DNA of 62,917 nt, the filler included, from Octopus bimaculoides (lineage: Eukaryota), in assembly GCF_001194135.2 (NCBI RefSeq). It is 4 parts of 4 records of this genome, joined end to end, with 100 filler letters (N's around TTAATTAATTAA, not from the genome) between each part and the next. Parts side by side here need not be neighbours in the genome. Positions count along the whole stretch, not along the records: positions 46,862 to 62,917 come from NC_068993.1; 3 more parts are not named here. One strand, given 5' to 3'. Positions within the stretch are counted from its first letter, which is position 1, and each line of letters opens with the position of its first letter. A program made the translations under genes and the position numbers. Shown here in pieces: positions 51,691 through 62,917 of this stretch. Under the pieces are notes generated by a model. It ran no database searches, had not been told where the DNA came from, and worked only from the letters and a program-made list of their open reading frames with translations.

Positions 51691-52260
51691 TGCATTCTAC
51701 GTTCAAATTCCACTACGGGTGACTTTGTTTTTCATCCTTTCATGGTCGATAAAATAAGTACCAGTCGGACACTGAGGTCGACGTAATCGTCTATCCCCTC
51801 CCGTTATGCTGTCCTTGTGCCAAAATTTCAAACCTTTATTGCAAAGATGGTGGGCAAGTAGAGCCATTAGAACGTTGGAGAATATATCTTGCGGTATAAG
51901 TTCCAGCTCTATGCATTCTGAGTTCCATTTCTATCAAGGACAAATTCGCTGTTCAACTTTCCGGAGTCGATAAATAAAGGAGCAGTCAAATATTGGAGTC
52001 TATATAATTGGTTAAGCCCCTCTCCTCAGACTTGCTTGTCTCCTGCCTTAATAACTAACAAGTAGTATTTACTGGATGAAGAGTGGTGTGTTGGCAGAGT
52101 CGTTTGTGTCGGAAAGAATACCTTGTGTCATTTGCTCCGCTTCTTTACGTTCTAAGTTGAAATCTTGCCGAGGTCAACTTTGCTGTTTATTCTTTCGACG
52201 TCAATAAAATAAAGTAAGAGTGACGTCAATTAAGTCCCTTCCCCCAAAATCGGTGGCCTT
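51690..52260 (+). mobile_element. Three tandem degenerate SINE family A copies
   Basis: Repeated gttcaaattcc/gttgaaatc B-box and catcctttc..gtcgataaaataag blocks at about 51700, 51915 and 52150. Confidence 0.7.
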
Positions 52261-53771
52261 TTTCCTAAACTGGAAACCATTATTACAGGAAAGTAGCAGT
52301 GGACACAGGAATACCCTTGGAAACCCCAAGCACATATTTTTCGTACCCCATCTACAACCGGAAAATAGACACCAAGGATAAAGATGTTTTGTTCTCAAAG
52401 CATCCACGATTAAAGATGTTTAGTATTATATTTGATGGACATCAATGAGCAAACGTAAGCGTGAATGAATATCTATGTCTATGTATTTATTTTCGGCTAC
52501 ATGTGTGTTGTTTATAATGGCAATATTGGTGTGTCTATGGTTATGGACATGAATGTGTGCATGTATGTATGTATATGTATTCATGTGTGAATATATATCG
52601 GTGAGTCTGTATGTATATATGTATGTAAATGCATCTTTGATTTTGTTATTCTATCTGTTCATCTTATATTATTCTGTCTACTCTATTGAATTTAATTTAT
52701 AGAGGTATCCCCAATAGATAATTTTGGTGGTAGTGGTTGTGAATGCGGATGGCAGTTNNNNNNNNNNNNNNNNNNNNNNNNNNNNNNNNNNNNNNNNNNN
52801 NNNNNNNNNNNNNNNNNNNNNNNNNNNNNNNNNNNNNNNNNNNNNNNNNNNNNNNNNNNNNNNNNNNNNNNNNNNNNNNNNNNNNNNNNNNNNNNNNNNN
52901 NNNNNNNNNNNNNNNNNNNNNNNNNNNNNNNNNNNNNNNNNNNNNNNNNNNNNNNNNNNNNNNNNNNNNNNNNNNNNNNNNNNNNNNNNNNNNNNNNNNN
53001 NNNNNNNNNNNNNNNNNNNNNNNNNNNNNNNNNNNNNNNNNNNNNNNNNNNNNNNNNNNNNNNNNNNNNNNNNNNNNNNNNNNNNNNNNNNNNNNNNNNN
53101 NNNNNNNNNNNNNNNNNNNNNNNNNNNNNNNNNNNNNNNNNNNNNNNNNNNNNNNNNNNNNNNNNNNNNNNNNNNNNNNNNNNNNNNNNNNNNNNNNNNN
53201 NNNNNNNNNNNNNNNNNNNNNNNNNNNNNNNNNNNNNNNNNNNNNNNNNNNNNNNNNNNNNNNNNNNNNNNNNNNNNNNNNNNNNNNNNNNNNNNNNNNN
53301 NNNNNNNNNNNNNNNNNNNNNNNNNNNNNNNNNNNNNNNNNNNNNNNNNNNNNNNNNNNNNNNNNNNNNNNNNNNNNNNNNNNNNNNNNNNNNNNNNNNN
53401 NNNNNNNNNNNNNNNNNNNNNNNNNNNNNNNNNNNNNNNNNNNNNNNNNNNNNNNNNNNNNNNNNNNNNNNNNNNNNNNNNNNNNNNNNNNNNNNNNNNN
53501 NNNNNNNNNNNNNNNNNNNNNNNNNNNNNNNNNNNNNNNNNNNNNNNNNNNNNNNNNNNNNNNNNNNNNNNNNNNNNNNNNNNNNGTGTGTGTGTGTGCG
53601 CGCTCGTGTGTGTGTGTGCGCGCTCGTGTGTGTGTAAGAGAGGGAGAGAGACAGAGAGAGAGAGTACTCTCTCATTCTTGTGTGTGTGTGTGCGCGCTCG
53701 TGTGTGTGTATGTTTGTGCGTGTATGAAGGTGTGTCAGAGAAGGAGAGAGTATGTATGTAGTTGAGTGTAA

Positions 53772-53812
<41 letters not shown>

Positions 53813-54934
53813 GTTTATATATTATGTATGTGTGTGTGTATATGTGTATTTGTGTAAGAGTTTATAAAAGCGAGGGAGGGGAAGAACTAGCGAATATTTT
53901 ATGTATGTGAATCAACCAGTTGGTGTAAGCGAGATGGATAAACAAATAGGTAGGTAGATGGAGAGAGACAGACACACAGAGAAAGAGAGAACGAAGGAGG
54001 ATAAGATATGTTTACATATATAAATGCATAAACACACACGCACATGTATATATATATATTTATATATATATAAACGTATGCGTTTGTGTTTGTATATANN
54101 NNNNNNNNNNNNNNNNNNNNNNNNNNNNNNNNNNNNNNNNNNNNNNNNNNNNNNNNNNNNNNNNNNNNNNNNNNNNNNNNNNNNNNNNNNNNNNNNNNNN
54201 NNNNNNNNNNNNNNNNNNNNNNNNNNNNNNNNNNNNNNNNNNNNNNNNNNNNNNNNNNNNNNNNNNNNNNNNNNNNNNNNNNNNNNNNNNNNNNNNNNNN
54301 NNNNNNNNNNNNNNNNNNNNNNNNNNNNNNNNNNNNNNNNNNNNNNNNNNNNNNNNNNNNNNNNNNNNNNNNNNNNNNNNNNNNNNNNNNNNNNNNNNNN
54401 NNNNNNNNNNNNNNNNNNNNNNNNNNNNNNNNNNNNNNNNNNNNNNNNNNNNNNNNNNNNNNNNNNNNNNNNNNNNNNNNNNNNNNNNNNNNNNNNNNNN
54501 NNNNNNNNNNNNNNNNNNNNNNNNNNNNNNNNNNNNNNNNNNNNNNNNNNNNNNNNNNNNNNNNNNNNNNNNNNNNNNNNNNNNNNNNNNNNNNNNNNNN
54601 NNNNNNNNNNNNNNNNNNNNNNNNNNNNNNNNNNNNNNNNNNNNNNNNNNNNNNNNNNNNNNNNNNNNNNNNNNNNNNNNNNNNNNNNNNNNNNNNNNNN
54701 NNNNNNNNNNNNNNNNNNNNNNNNNNNNNNNNNNNNNNNNNNNNNNNNNNNNNNNNNNNNNNNNNNNNNNNNNNNNNNNNNNNNNNNNNNNNNNNNNNNN
54801 NNNNNNNNNNNNNNNNNNNNNNNNNNNNNNNNNNNNNNTATATACATAAATATATACGTATGTGTATAGATGCGTGAGGGTATTTGTGAATGTGTGTGCA
54901 TGAAAATATTTTTTCTAATTTTGGAATAAGTCAA

Positions 54935-55130
54935 ACCATCGCTTGACAACCGATGCGGGTGTGTTTACGTCCCTGTAAACTAGCGGTTTGGCAAAAGGGA
55001 CCAATAGAATAAGTACTAGGCTTCCAAAGAATAAGTACTAGGCTTCCAAAGAATAAGTCCTGGGGTCGATTTGCTCGACTAAAGGCGGTGCTCCAGTATG
55101 GTCGCAATCAAATGACTGAAACAAGTAAAA
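54935..55130 (+). mobile_element. SINE family B, 3' half, with an internal 22-bp tandem duplication
   Basis: gaataagtactaggcttccaaa occurs twice before gaataagtcctggggtcgatttgctcgac. Confidence 0.85.
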
Positions 55131-55184
55131 GAAAGAATATGTATATATATATTTTTTTCTGTATTCTTTTATTCATTATTCTCT

Positions 55185-55222
<38 letters not shown>

Positions 55223-55259
55223 ATATATATAAAGTGTGGGAGACATACAGAGAGATAGT

Positions 55260-55299
<40 letters not shown>

Positions 55300-55693
55300 C
55301 GCATGTACATTTACAAATGTGAAGATATATGTATGTATGTATGTATGTGTTTTGTGTTTGCATGGAAATGCGTTTTCGGATTTTATATGTTTGTAATTGT
55401 GTATGAGCGCGACTGCCTGTATCTCTGGATGAGAGCGTGCGCATATGTATGTGTGTATTCGTGAATGAGTCCACGTCTCTTTGTGAATGTTCGTTTGTGT
55501 GTGTATATGACTGTGAGTCCATGTGTCTGTGCGTGTACCCCCTGTATGTTTATGTGTGTGTGTGTGTGTGTTTTAGTGTTTCTGTGTGAATTTGTTCGTG
55601 TTCGTACATGTGTCTGTGCATATGTCCATGTGGGCGCATTTCTATATATATATATATGTGTGTGTGTGCTCGTCTTGTATATATACACACACA

Positions 55694-55745
<52 letters not shown>

Positions 55746-56066
55746 CATATACACACACACACACATATATGTATGTATATATGTGTGTGTATATACGTAT
55801 ATAAACACACACACACACACACATATATATATGTTTTTGTGTGTGTGTGCGTGTGTGTGTGAGTGAGTGTACGTGTGTGTGTGTCGGTGAACGTTGGTTT
55901 GTGTGCCTGTATGAGTGTGCGTATGCGTGTGTAATCCTATATGATTTTGTCCGTATATGTATACATGTGGATACGTGTGTGCGTGTGTTCGTGTATTTGT
56001 GTGCGTTAGTGCTTGCGGTCGCGTGTGTGCAGACCGTTTGTGTTAATGTGTGTGCGTGTGTGCAGA

Positions 56067-56110
<44 letters not shown>

Positions 56111-56874
56111 AGACGTACTTCACTAGTCCGCTACGTCTTCCATGACTACCCTCGCTATGAAATATAGCCACCAGCTCCAATACTATGCGGAACGGCAAAC
56201 AATGTTTTATTTAAGACTAAAGAATGGTGTAGTTGCGACGGAGACGGTGGCAGCGGTGATGGTGGTTGGGGTTCTTGTGATGCTTGTGACGTTAGTAGTG
56301 CTGGTGGTAATAATAGTGGTATTAGGAGGAGGGGGTAGGTCTTGGAGAACAAGATATATTGACCAAGTTCTTAGTCAATATGGAACTGATTAATTTTATA
56401 CTGTGGAATGCTTTATTGCCTTTGTCGTTGTTCTCAGTATTGTTGTTGTTGTTGTTGTTGGTAGTGGTGGTGGTGGTGGTGGTGGTGATGGTGGTTGTAG
56501 TAGTGGTGGTGATGGTGTCGTGTTTGTTGCTGTTTTTGGTGTAGTTATATTGGTAGTAGTTTATTGTCATATGTTTTGTATGTTTGTGTATCCATGGTCA
56601 TATATTTTGTATGTAAATATACAATATACCACTTCTCTACGTCTCTATCTCTCTCTTTCTCGTTCTCTCCCTCTTTCTTTCTCCCTCTCTACCTCTCTCT
56701 CTCTCTCTCTTTCCGACTCTCTATCGATCTATCAGTCTATATATGTATACATCTATCTATCGATTTATGTAGTATGTATCTATCCATCTTCCTATGCGTG
56801 TGCGCACATATTTATCTATCTATCTTTTCTATCCCGGCCTCTCCCACATTTTCTTTCATATATATACATACATG

Positions 56875-56936
<62 letters not shown>

Positions 56937-57362
56937 NNNNNNNNNNNNNNNNNNNNNNNNNNNNNNNNNNNNNNNNNNNNNNNNNNNNNNNNNNNNNNNN
57001 NNNNNNNNNNNNNNNNNNNNNNNNNNNNNNNNNNNNNNNNNNNNNNNNNNNNNNNNNNNNNNNNNNNNNNNNNNNNNNNNNNNNNNNNNNNNNNNNNNNN
57101 NNNNNNNNNNNNNNNNNNNNNNNNNNNNNNNNNNNNNNNNNNNNNNNNNNNNNNNNNNNNNNNNNNNNNNNNNNNNNNNNNNNNNNNNNNNNNNNNNNNN
57201 NNNNNNNNNNNNNNNNNNNNNNNNNNNNNNNNNNNNNNNNNNNNNNNNNNNNNNNNNNNNNNNNNNNNNNNNNNNNNNNNNNNNNNNNNNNNNNNNNNNN
57301 NNNNNNNNNNNNNNNNNNNNNNNNNNNNNNNNNNNNNNNNNNNNNNNNNNNNNNNNNNNNNN

Positions 57363-57408
<46 letters not shown>

Positions 57409-58628
57409 AAGAAGAATGAAATGGGAGTGCTCAATACGTAATAGGTTATATGTTTTATTTTCTTTTTATTAATAGTAAGGCTGAGAGTTTCTCTCGCGGT
57501 TTGCGTTTACACCTCTGGAATCGTCGGTTGAAGATCGCAGTGGCGTGAAAATTTCAATCGCTAGACAAAGCTCTCTGATGTTCTGTTGATCTGATGAGCT
57601 AGCTTTCTTTATTTGCTTTGATTTGTGAATATACAATTGTATTGTATAACGCCGTTAAAATTTCGCCATGACATTGTTTCCAGTGTTCGATGCTACTTGG
57701 GTTATTTTGAGTATCCTGTCTTATGAGTTAAAATGGGTTCCACTCGTTTGTCGATCTCTGTAGGATAAAAGTCAAAATTGTCCATGACAAGATTTGAGCC
57801 AAGGAAAAAACATAAGGCATTTTGACTGACATTGTAAAGGTTCTGCGAAACAGCTGTCAGCATCTTGTTCAAAATAAAAATTTTAACTTACACAATCAGG
57901 TTGTTGTTGTTGTTGTTCTGTAGCCCCAGGTCAGACCTAATCCCCGAGACATTTATTCAAATGTCAGTCATTTACGATCATTCAATCTCATCTCTCTCTG
58001 GCTAACATTAATCCAACTGTATTTTGTTAAAGTTGGCAGAATGGAAAGTGAGGGTGATTTAGCTGCTATTTGTAGCAGAACCAAGGATCACAACCAAATA
58101 CAAGCTCCGTCATTGGCTCGAGAATGCCAAATAAACAAGAAAACTCAACGTTGTGGAAATGCGAACTCAAGATCTTTCTGTGGCCGTTCTATTACACTGT
58201 TCTATTATCGATCCAGTTGGTTTGAAGATTTATGTTGCTGTAAATATGAAAAATATCGGAATATTTGAACAGCGCTCTTGAATCTTCGATGTGTTTATTT
58301 ACAGCTGAATAAGAAAACTTCAGTTCTTCTCTCAAGAGTCGTCTCTGAACTTCATTATCTGTCTGCATTAAAAGTTTTGGTTTTTCTTCGATTGCCTAAA
58401 GACTGCTTAATTCTCTTTGACAGGTGCCAGTGTCCATTAGAGATGTTCAACAATATAGATACGCCAATACAATATGCCAGTGTGTATAGCTAAGTGATGT
58501 TCTTCAGTCAATTAGTTGCATTACATAGATTTCGTATCACTTAGCGAATACAGATATTAGAAACATTAGCAGCTGTTTCTTCTCCTTCTTCTTATTTATC
58601 ATCATCGTTGTTATTGTTCTTCCTGTTG

Positions 58629-58691
<63 letters not shown>

Positions 58692-58801
58692 GTCTTTCTC
58701 TTCAGCATCCACTCGTAGTTCTTTTACTTCCACTACTTCTTTCTCTTCTTAATCGTTTCCCCTTTAGTTCTACATCTACATCTACATCTAATACTTATCA
58801 C

Positions 58802-58867
<66 letters not shown>

Positions 58868-59428
58868 CATAGACTTTATTATTCTTATTCGTTGTTATAA
58901 ATTGTTTCCGTCCCGCTCGCCACCCAATCGTTGTTCTTTGTTTATTACATATCTCAAGATTTGTATCAGCGAAAGATATCTGTGAATCTTTAGATGTAGA
59001 CATACACGGCTTATTAAGGAAATGATACGATGTAGCAACGGCCGGCCGAGCGGGTAAGGAAGAATCCGAAAGGAGTCGATAATGCTACTGCTGCTTTGCT
59101 TCACGAATCTCTTGTAGTTAACGTCTCCTTACACGCCGCCATTTAAATTTAAATCAATCCTAGCTTCAAAGTTACCTCCCCTGTCAAGCCTGACAAGTAT
59201 TTTAATTATCACTAATGATTGTATTCTCTCATTACTGGTGTAATGTTAATTAATTAAGCATTCCTTTCGGTTCAGTACATTAATTGTCTTAATCTTCTGG
59301 ACTGTATTTTACAGTGTTGTGTGTTGTTACTGAAGACGGTAAGAAACCTGTTTCAGAAGATAGCAACTTTACTAACAGCTGAGCATGGATATAAGAATCT
59401 AACGAGGTATGTAGTTGTTGTTACTGTG

Positions 59429-59484
<56 letters not shown>

Positions 59485-59486
59485 GA

Positions 59487-59670
59487 AGGCGGCGAGCTAG
59501 CAGAAATCGTTAACTTGTAGGACGAAATGCTTACGTTCTGAATTCAAGTTCCGCTGATGTTAACTTTACCTTTCATCCTTTCGGGGTCGATAAAATAAGT
59601 ACCAGTTAAATACTGGGGTCAATGTATTCGACTCGTCCCCACCTTCCTCGACCTGCCTTTGTGGCAAAAA
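59487..59670 (+). mobile_element. SINE family A after an (ATT)n tract
   Basis: ggcggcgagctagcagaa...tttcatcctttcggggtcgataaaataagtaccag. Confidence 0.85.
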
Positions 59671-59712
59671 TTTTAAATAATAAATGTTGTTACTATTATT
59701 ATTATTATTTTT

Positions 59713-59766
<54 letters not shown>

Positions 59767-60399
59767 AGTAGTAGTAGTAGTATTTAGACCCTAGGCCATC
59801 TTGCTGGAATAGACTTGTCAAAACGATGAGACTACATCAACCATCCAACGTGTCCTTCCTTTTTTAAACGACACTGTATCGTGTGAAGGAGGGTTGTGTG
59901 CTATTTCTAGCATACCAGACAACCAATAGTGATTCTTTGACTCACTTGTAGTGGTCACGATGTTAGGGACTGCGTATATGGTGTCGTCACTCCTAAAATA
60001 TTGAGCTGTTTAACGTTGTGGAAGGAGTAATGTCTGGAGAAGTGGATTACTTACTGATGCCTACTCAAACACTGGGTTGAATAAAATCGACTACCCCAAC
60101 CCCAATTTTAGACCTTGCTCTTATAGTAGAAAGGATTGTTGCTGTTGTTGTTGTTGTTGTTGTTGTGTGTTGTTGAAGGCAGAGAGCTGGCAGGATCGTT
60201 AGCATACGCCTTACAAAATGCTTAACGATATTTCTTCTTTGGAGGCCGAGATAAGTTACCATACTGAAGCTGATAGTATCAACTAAATTCCTGCCACCAC
60301 ATTATGTGGCTTTGTGACAATGTCAGAAATTATGATTGAGAACATATGAATCTCGGCTAATCGGTAGTAGTGCGACTAGGATTGGAGAAGCAAGTCCAT

Positions 60400-60545
60400 C
60401 CTGACAAGCAGTGATATCTGTTGCTAGGCGGCCACTTTCCTCTCCGTTTCCGTCTAATAAATTCCCTCACAAGGCATTGATCGGCCCGGGGGTTACAGTA
60501 ACAGTCACTTTCTCATGATGCCTTGCAGTGGGACTAAACCCAAAA
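60400..60545 (-). mobile_element. SINE family B head fragment
   Basis: tttccgtctaataaattccctcacaaggcattgatcggccc...gcagtgggactaaacc. Confidence 0.65.
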
Positions 60546-62379
60546 CAGCTTCTTGAACCCAGATACAGCTCTGTGCCTATAGAAAATGCTCCGCTCTGTT
60601 GGTGACTCGAACTCACAATCTCTGCTTATCCCGATTTGTGAATAACGCAACACGGCTACTGCAAATAATTACGGTGTGCTAACCGTTTATGTCTTTGACG
60701 CAGATAGTTGGTCTTCTTAAATAATGTTTATTGTTACTTTTATTTTCGACTTTCCTCTTGTGACAATGTTGCCGAGATTTCTACCATCTCCGATATTCCA
60801 CTGCTTAGAAGGAGTTTGAACTTTGGCACGAGTACGATGTCTTAAATATTTGCTGTGTGCGTTATAGTCATTTAACATTGTCTCCGGCACACAACTGGTA
60901 GTTATGTTTGAAACCCAGAGGCTAAAAGCAAAGCAGGACGAAATGGGCCTTAGTTAACAGATTATAATAATTATTACAAATTATTTTAATCAATGTCCTA
61001 AGAATTACGCAACGCATTACATTGACTGTTTCCTGAACGGACAGGCATTTACTCCACTGATTCAATTTCATATGTGAAGTGTGTGTGTGTGTGTGTGTAT
61101 TGGTTTTATGTGTGAGAGTGCATATGTGTGTTTGTATGTTTCTACGCAAACCCGCTTCGCAACTGGTGATGTCTTGTTCGTGTCGAAAGTACTTAACGGT
61201 TCTGATAAAAATACCCAATAAAATAAGTATTACATCTAAGTACCAACGTCGATTTTGAGCGATCAAATCATTCATGATGGCACCTCCCTCCAGCATAGTC
61301 GAAATCTAATCCCCAAAACAATTTAAACAGCAACGGTTGCGACGGAGATTCGAAACTTGTTTCTATGTGAATGAATGTTTAAAACTACATCCAACAATCG
61401 ACAGAAGTTCACAGCCACCGAGTCCAACAAGCAACGCTTTTTTTTTTCAATTTCTATTTGTAGAATTGCTTTTAGAGACTTCCATGAAAGCCGCGAGAAA
61501 ACAGTTATGTTAGTAAGGAGACAAGAACATAGGTTTATACTCAATAATTTCTGAAATAAAATAACTTTTATTACTTCGTTATCNNNNNNNNNNNNNNNNN
61601 NNNNNNNNNNNNNNNNNNNNNNNNNNNNNNNNNNNNNNNNNNNNNNNNNNNNNNNNNNNNNNNNNNNNNNNNNNNNNNNNNNNNNNNNNNNNNNNNNNNN
61701 NNNNNNNNNNNNNNNNNNNNNNNNNNNNNNNNNNNNNNNNNNNNNNNNNNNNNNNNNNNNNNNNNNNNNNNNNNNNNNNNNNNNNNNNNNNNNNNNNNNN
61801 NNNNNNNNNNNNNNNNNNNNNNNNNNNNNNNNNNNNNNNNNNNNNNNNNNNNNNNNNNNNNNNNNNNNNNNNNNNNNNNNNNNNNNNNNNNNNNNNNNNN
61901 NNNNNNNNNNNNNNNNNNNNNNNNNNNNNNNNNNNNNNNNNNNNNNNNNNNNNNNNNNNNNNNNNNNNNNNNNNNNNNNNNNNNNNNNNNNNNNNNNNNN
62001 NNNNNNNNNNNNNNNNNNNNNNNNNNNNNNNNNNNNNNNNNNNNNNNNNNNNNNNNNNNATATATATACACACATATACATGTTTGTGTGTGTATGTATG
62101 TATGTATGTATGTATGAGTGTGTATAGCTATGTAGATACATACATAGAAAGATATATACTCGCATGTATGTATATATGTATATAGTAACGTCTATGAGTC
62201 TATGATATGTATGTATGATTATATGTGTATGTTTTAAGTTTGCATGTATGCGTATGTATATATATATACTCTACACACACACACACATATATACATTCAG
62301 ACACACATACACATAAAGATATATATGTATACAGATACACATATATAGACATATACATACATACATATACATATCTTTA

Positions 62380-62410
<31 letters not shown>

Positions 62411-62917
62411 GCTTCGCTTATATCTAAATTTCAGGCACATACATACATGTACACATAGATATACCCGTATCAACATATCTGTTTCGTATTGTATTATTAT
62501 CCCCCACCTAAATTATGTAAGCACGAGTCAAAACAGAATCCTTCTACCTTCAGAATCCAATCAGCATTTGATGTCACCGAATATCCAATTATTGGGAATC
62601 TACAGAAGATTTTAAAACAACAAAATTCCTGATGGGTCTATGTACACTGCTTACGACATACATACGTGCGTTTGTCCATACTTACGTGTATACATAATTT
62701 CATGCATATATAGAATATGGCTATGCATAGGAACACTCGTGCGCGCAAACAGACGCATGCATAGGCACACACACACATACACACAGACACATCCTCACAC
62801 TTCCATTTACACACAGAGAGGCGCGCACACGTATGTATATTTGAATGGAGAGACAGAGATAATGATAAATAGATAAATGGATAAAAGCAGACAAATATAT
62901 ATATATGTGCATATGTA

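Noticed and set aside
58398-58420. Acceptor followed by GTGCC as the missing GAKEID exon
   Set aside because: It reads GASVH* and lies on a different scaffold piece.
58913-59054. 8-bp GC-rich inverted repeat cccgctcg/cgagcggg
   Set aside because: Too short, with no pairing in between, so it is compatible with chance.
1278-62912. Most ORFs in the supplied track (poly-CV/HT/YI/N/S and X-filled ORFs)
   Set aside because: They are translations of dinucleotide or trinucleotide microsatellites or run through N gaps, with no codon complexity or homology.

Overview
AT-rich, microsatellite- and gap-rich eukaryotic DNA. The SINE/LINE repertoire suggests an octopod cephalopod such as Octopus, but this is inference from recalled repeat sequences, not a database search. 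Three 100-bp linkers (44 N + TTAATTAATTAA + 44 N) at 26896, 40908 and 46762 look like scaffold joins and split the window into four pieces whose relative orientation is unproven. The only host gene I can support is the 3' end of an IA-2/PTPRN-family receptor pseudophosphatase on the + strand. It shows a 65-nt P-loop exon (27435-27499, DGCGRTGTYILMDMVLNRMAK) and the terminal coding exon (32018-32089, EQFQYSLALVAEEVHAILKALPQ*). An intervening exon is missing and probably lies in an N gap. The rest is transposon debris: three or four tRNA-headed SINE families, RTE-clade LINE remnants, two Dong/R4-type LINE ends in TAA repeats, a Penelope-like element with GIY-YIG and a minimal hammerhead ribozyme motif, mariner-derived and hairpin MITEs, and micro/minisatellites. 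Nearly all ORFs in the supplied track are repeat or gap artefacts. I found no convincing evidence of a wholly new biological system. The best leads are the Penelope hammerhead, intronic fold-backs in the PTPRN pre-mRNA, an unexplained three-copy motif and an unidentified decayed reading frame. Repeat boundaries are approximate unless stated as exact.
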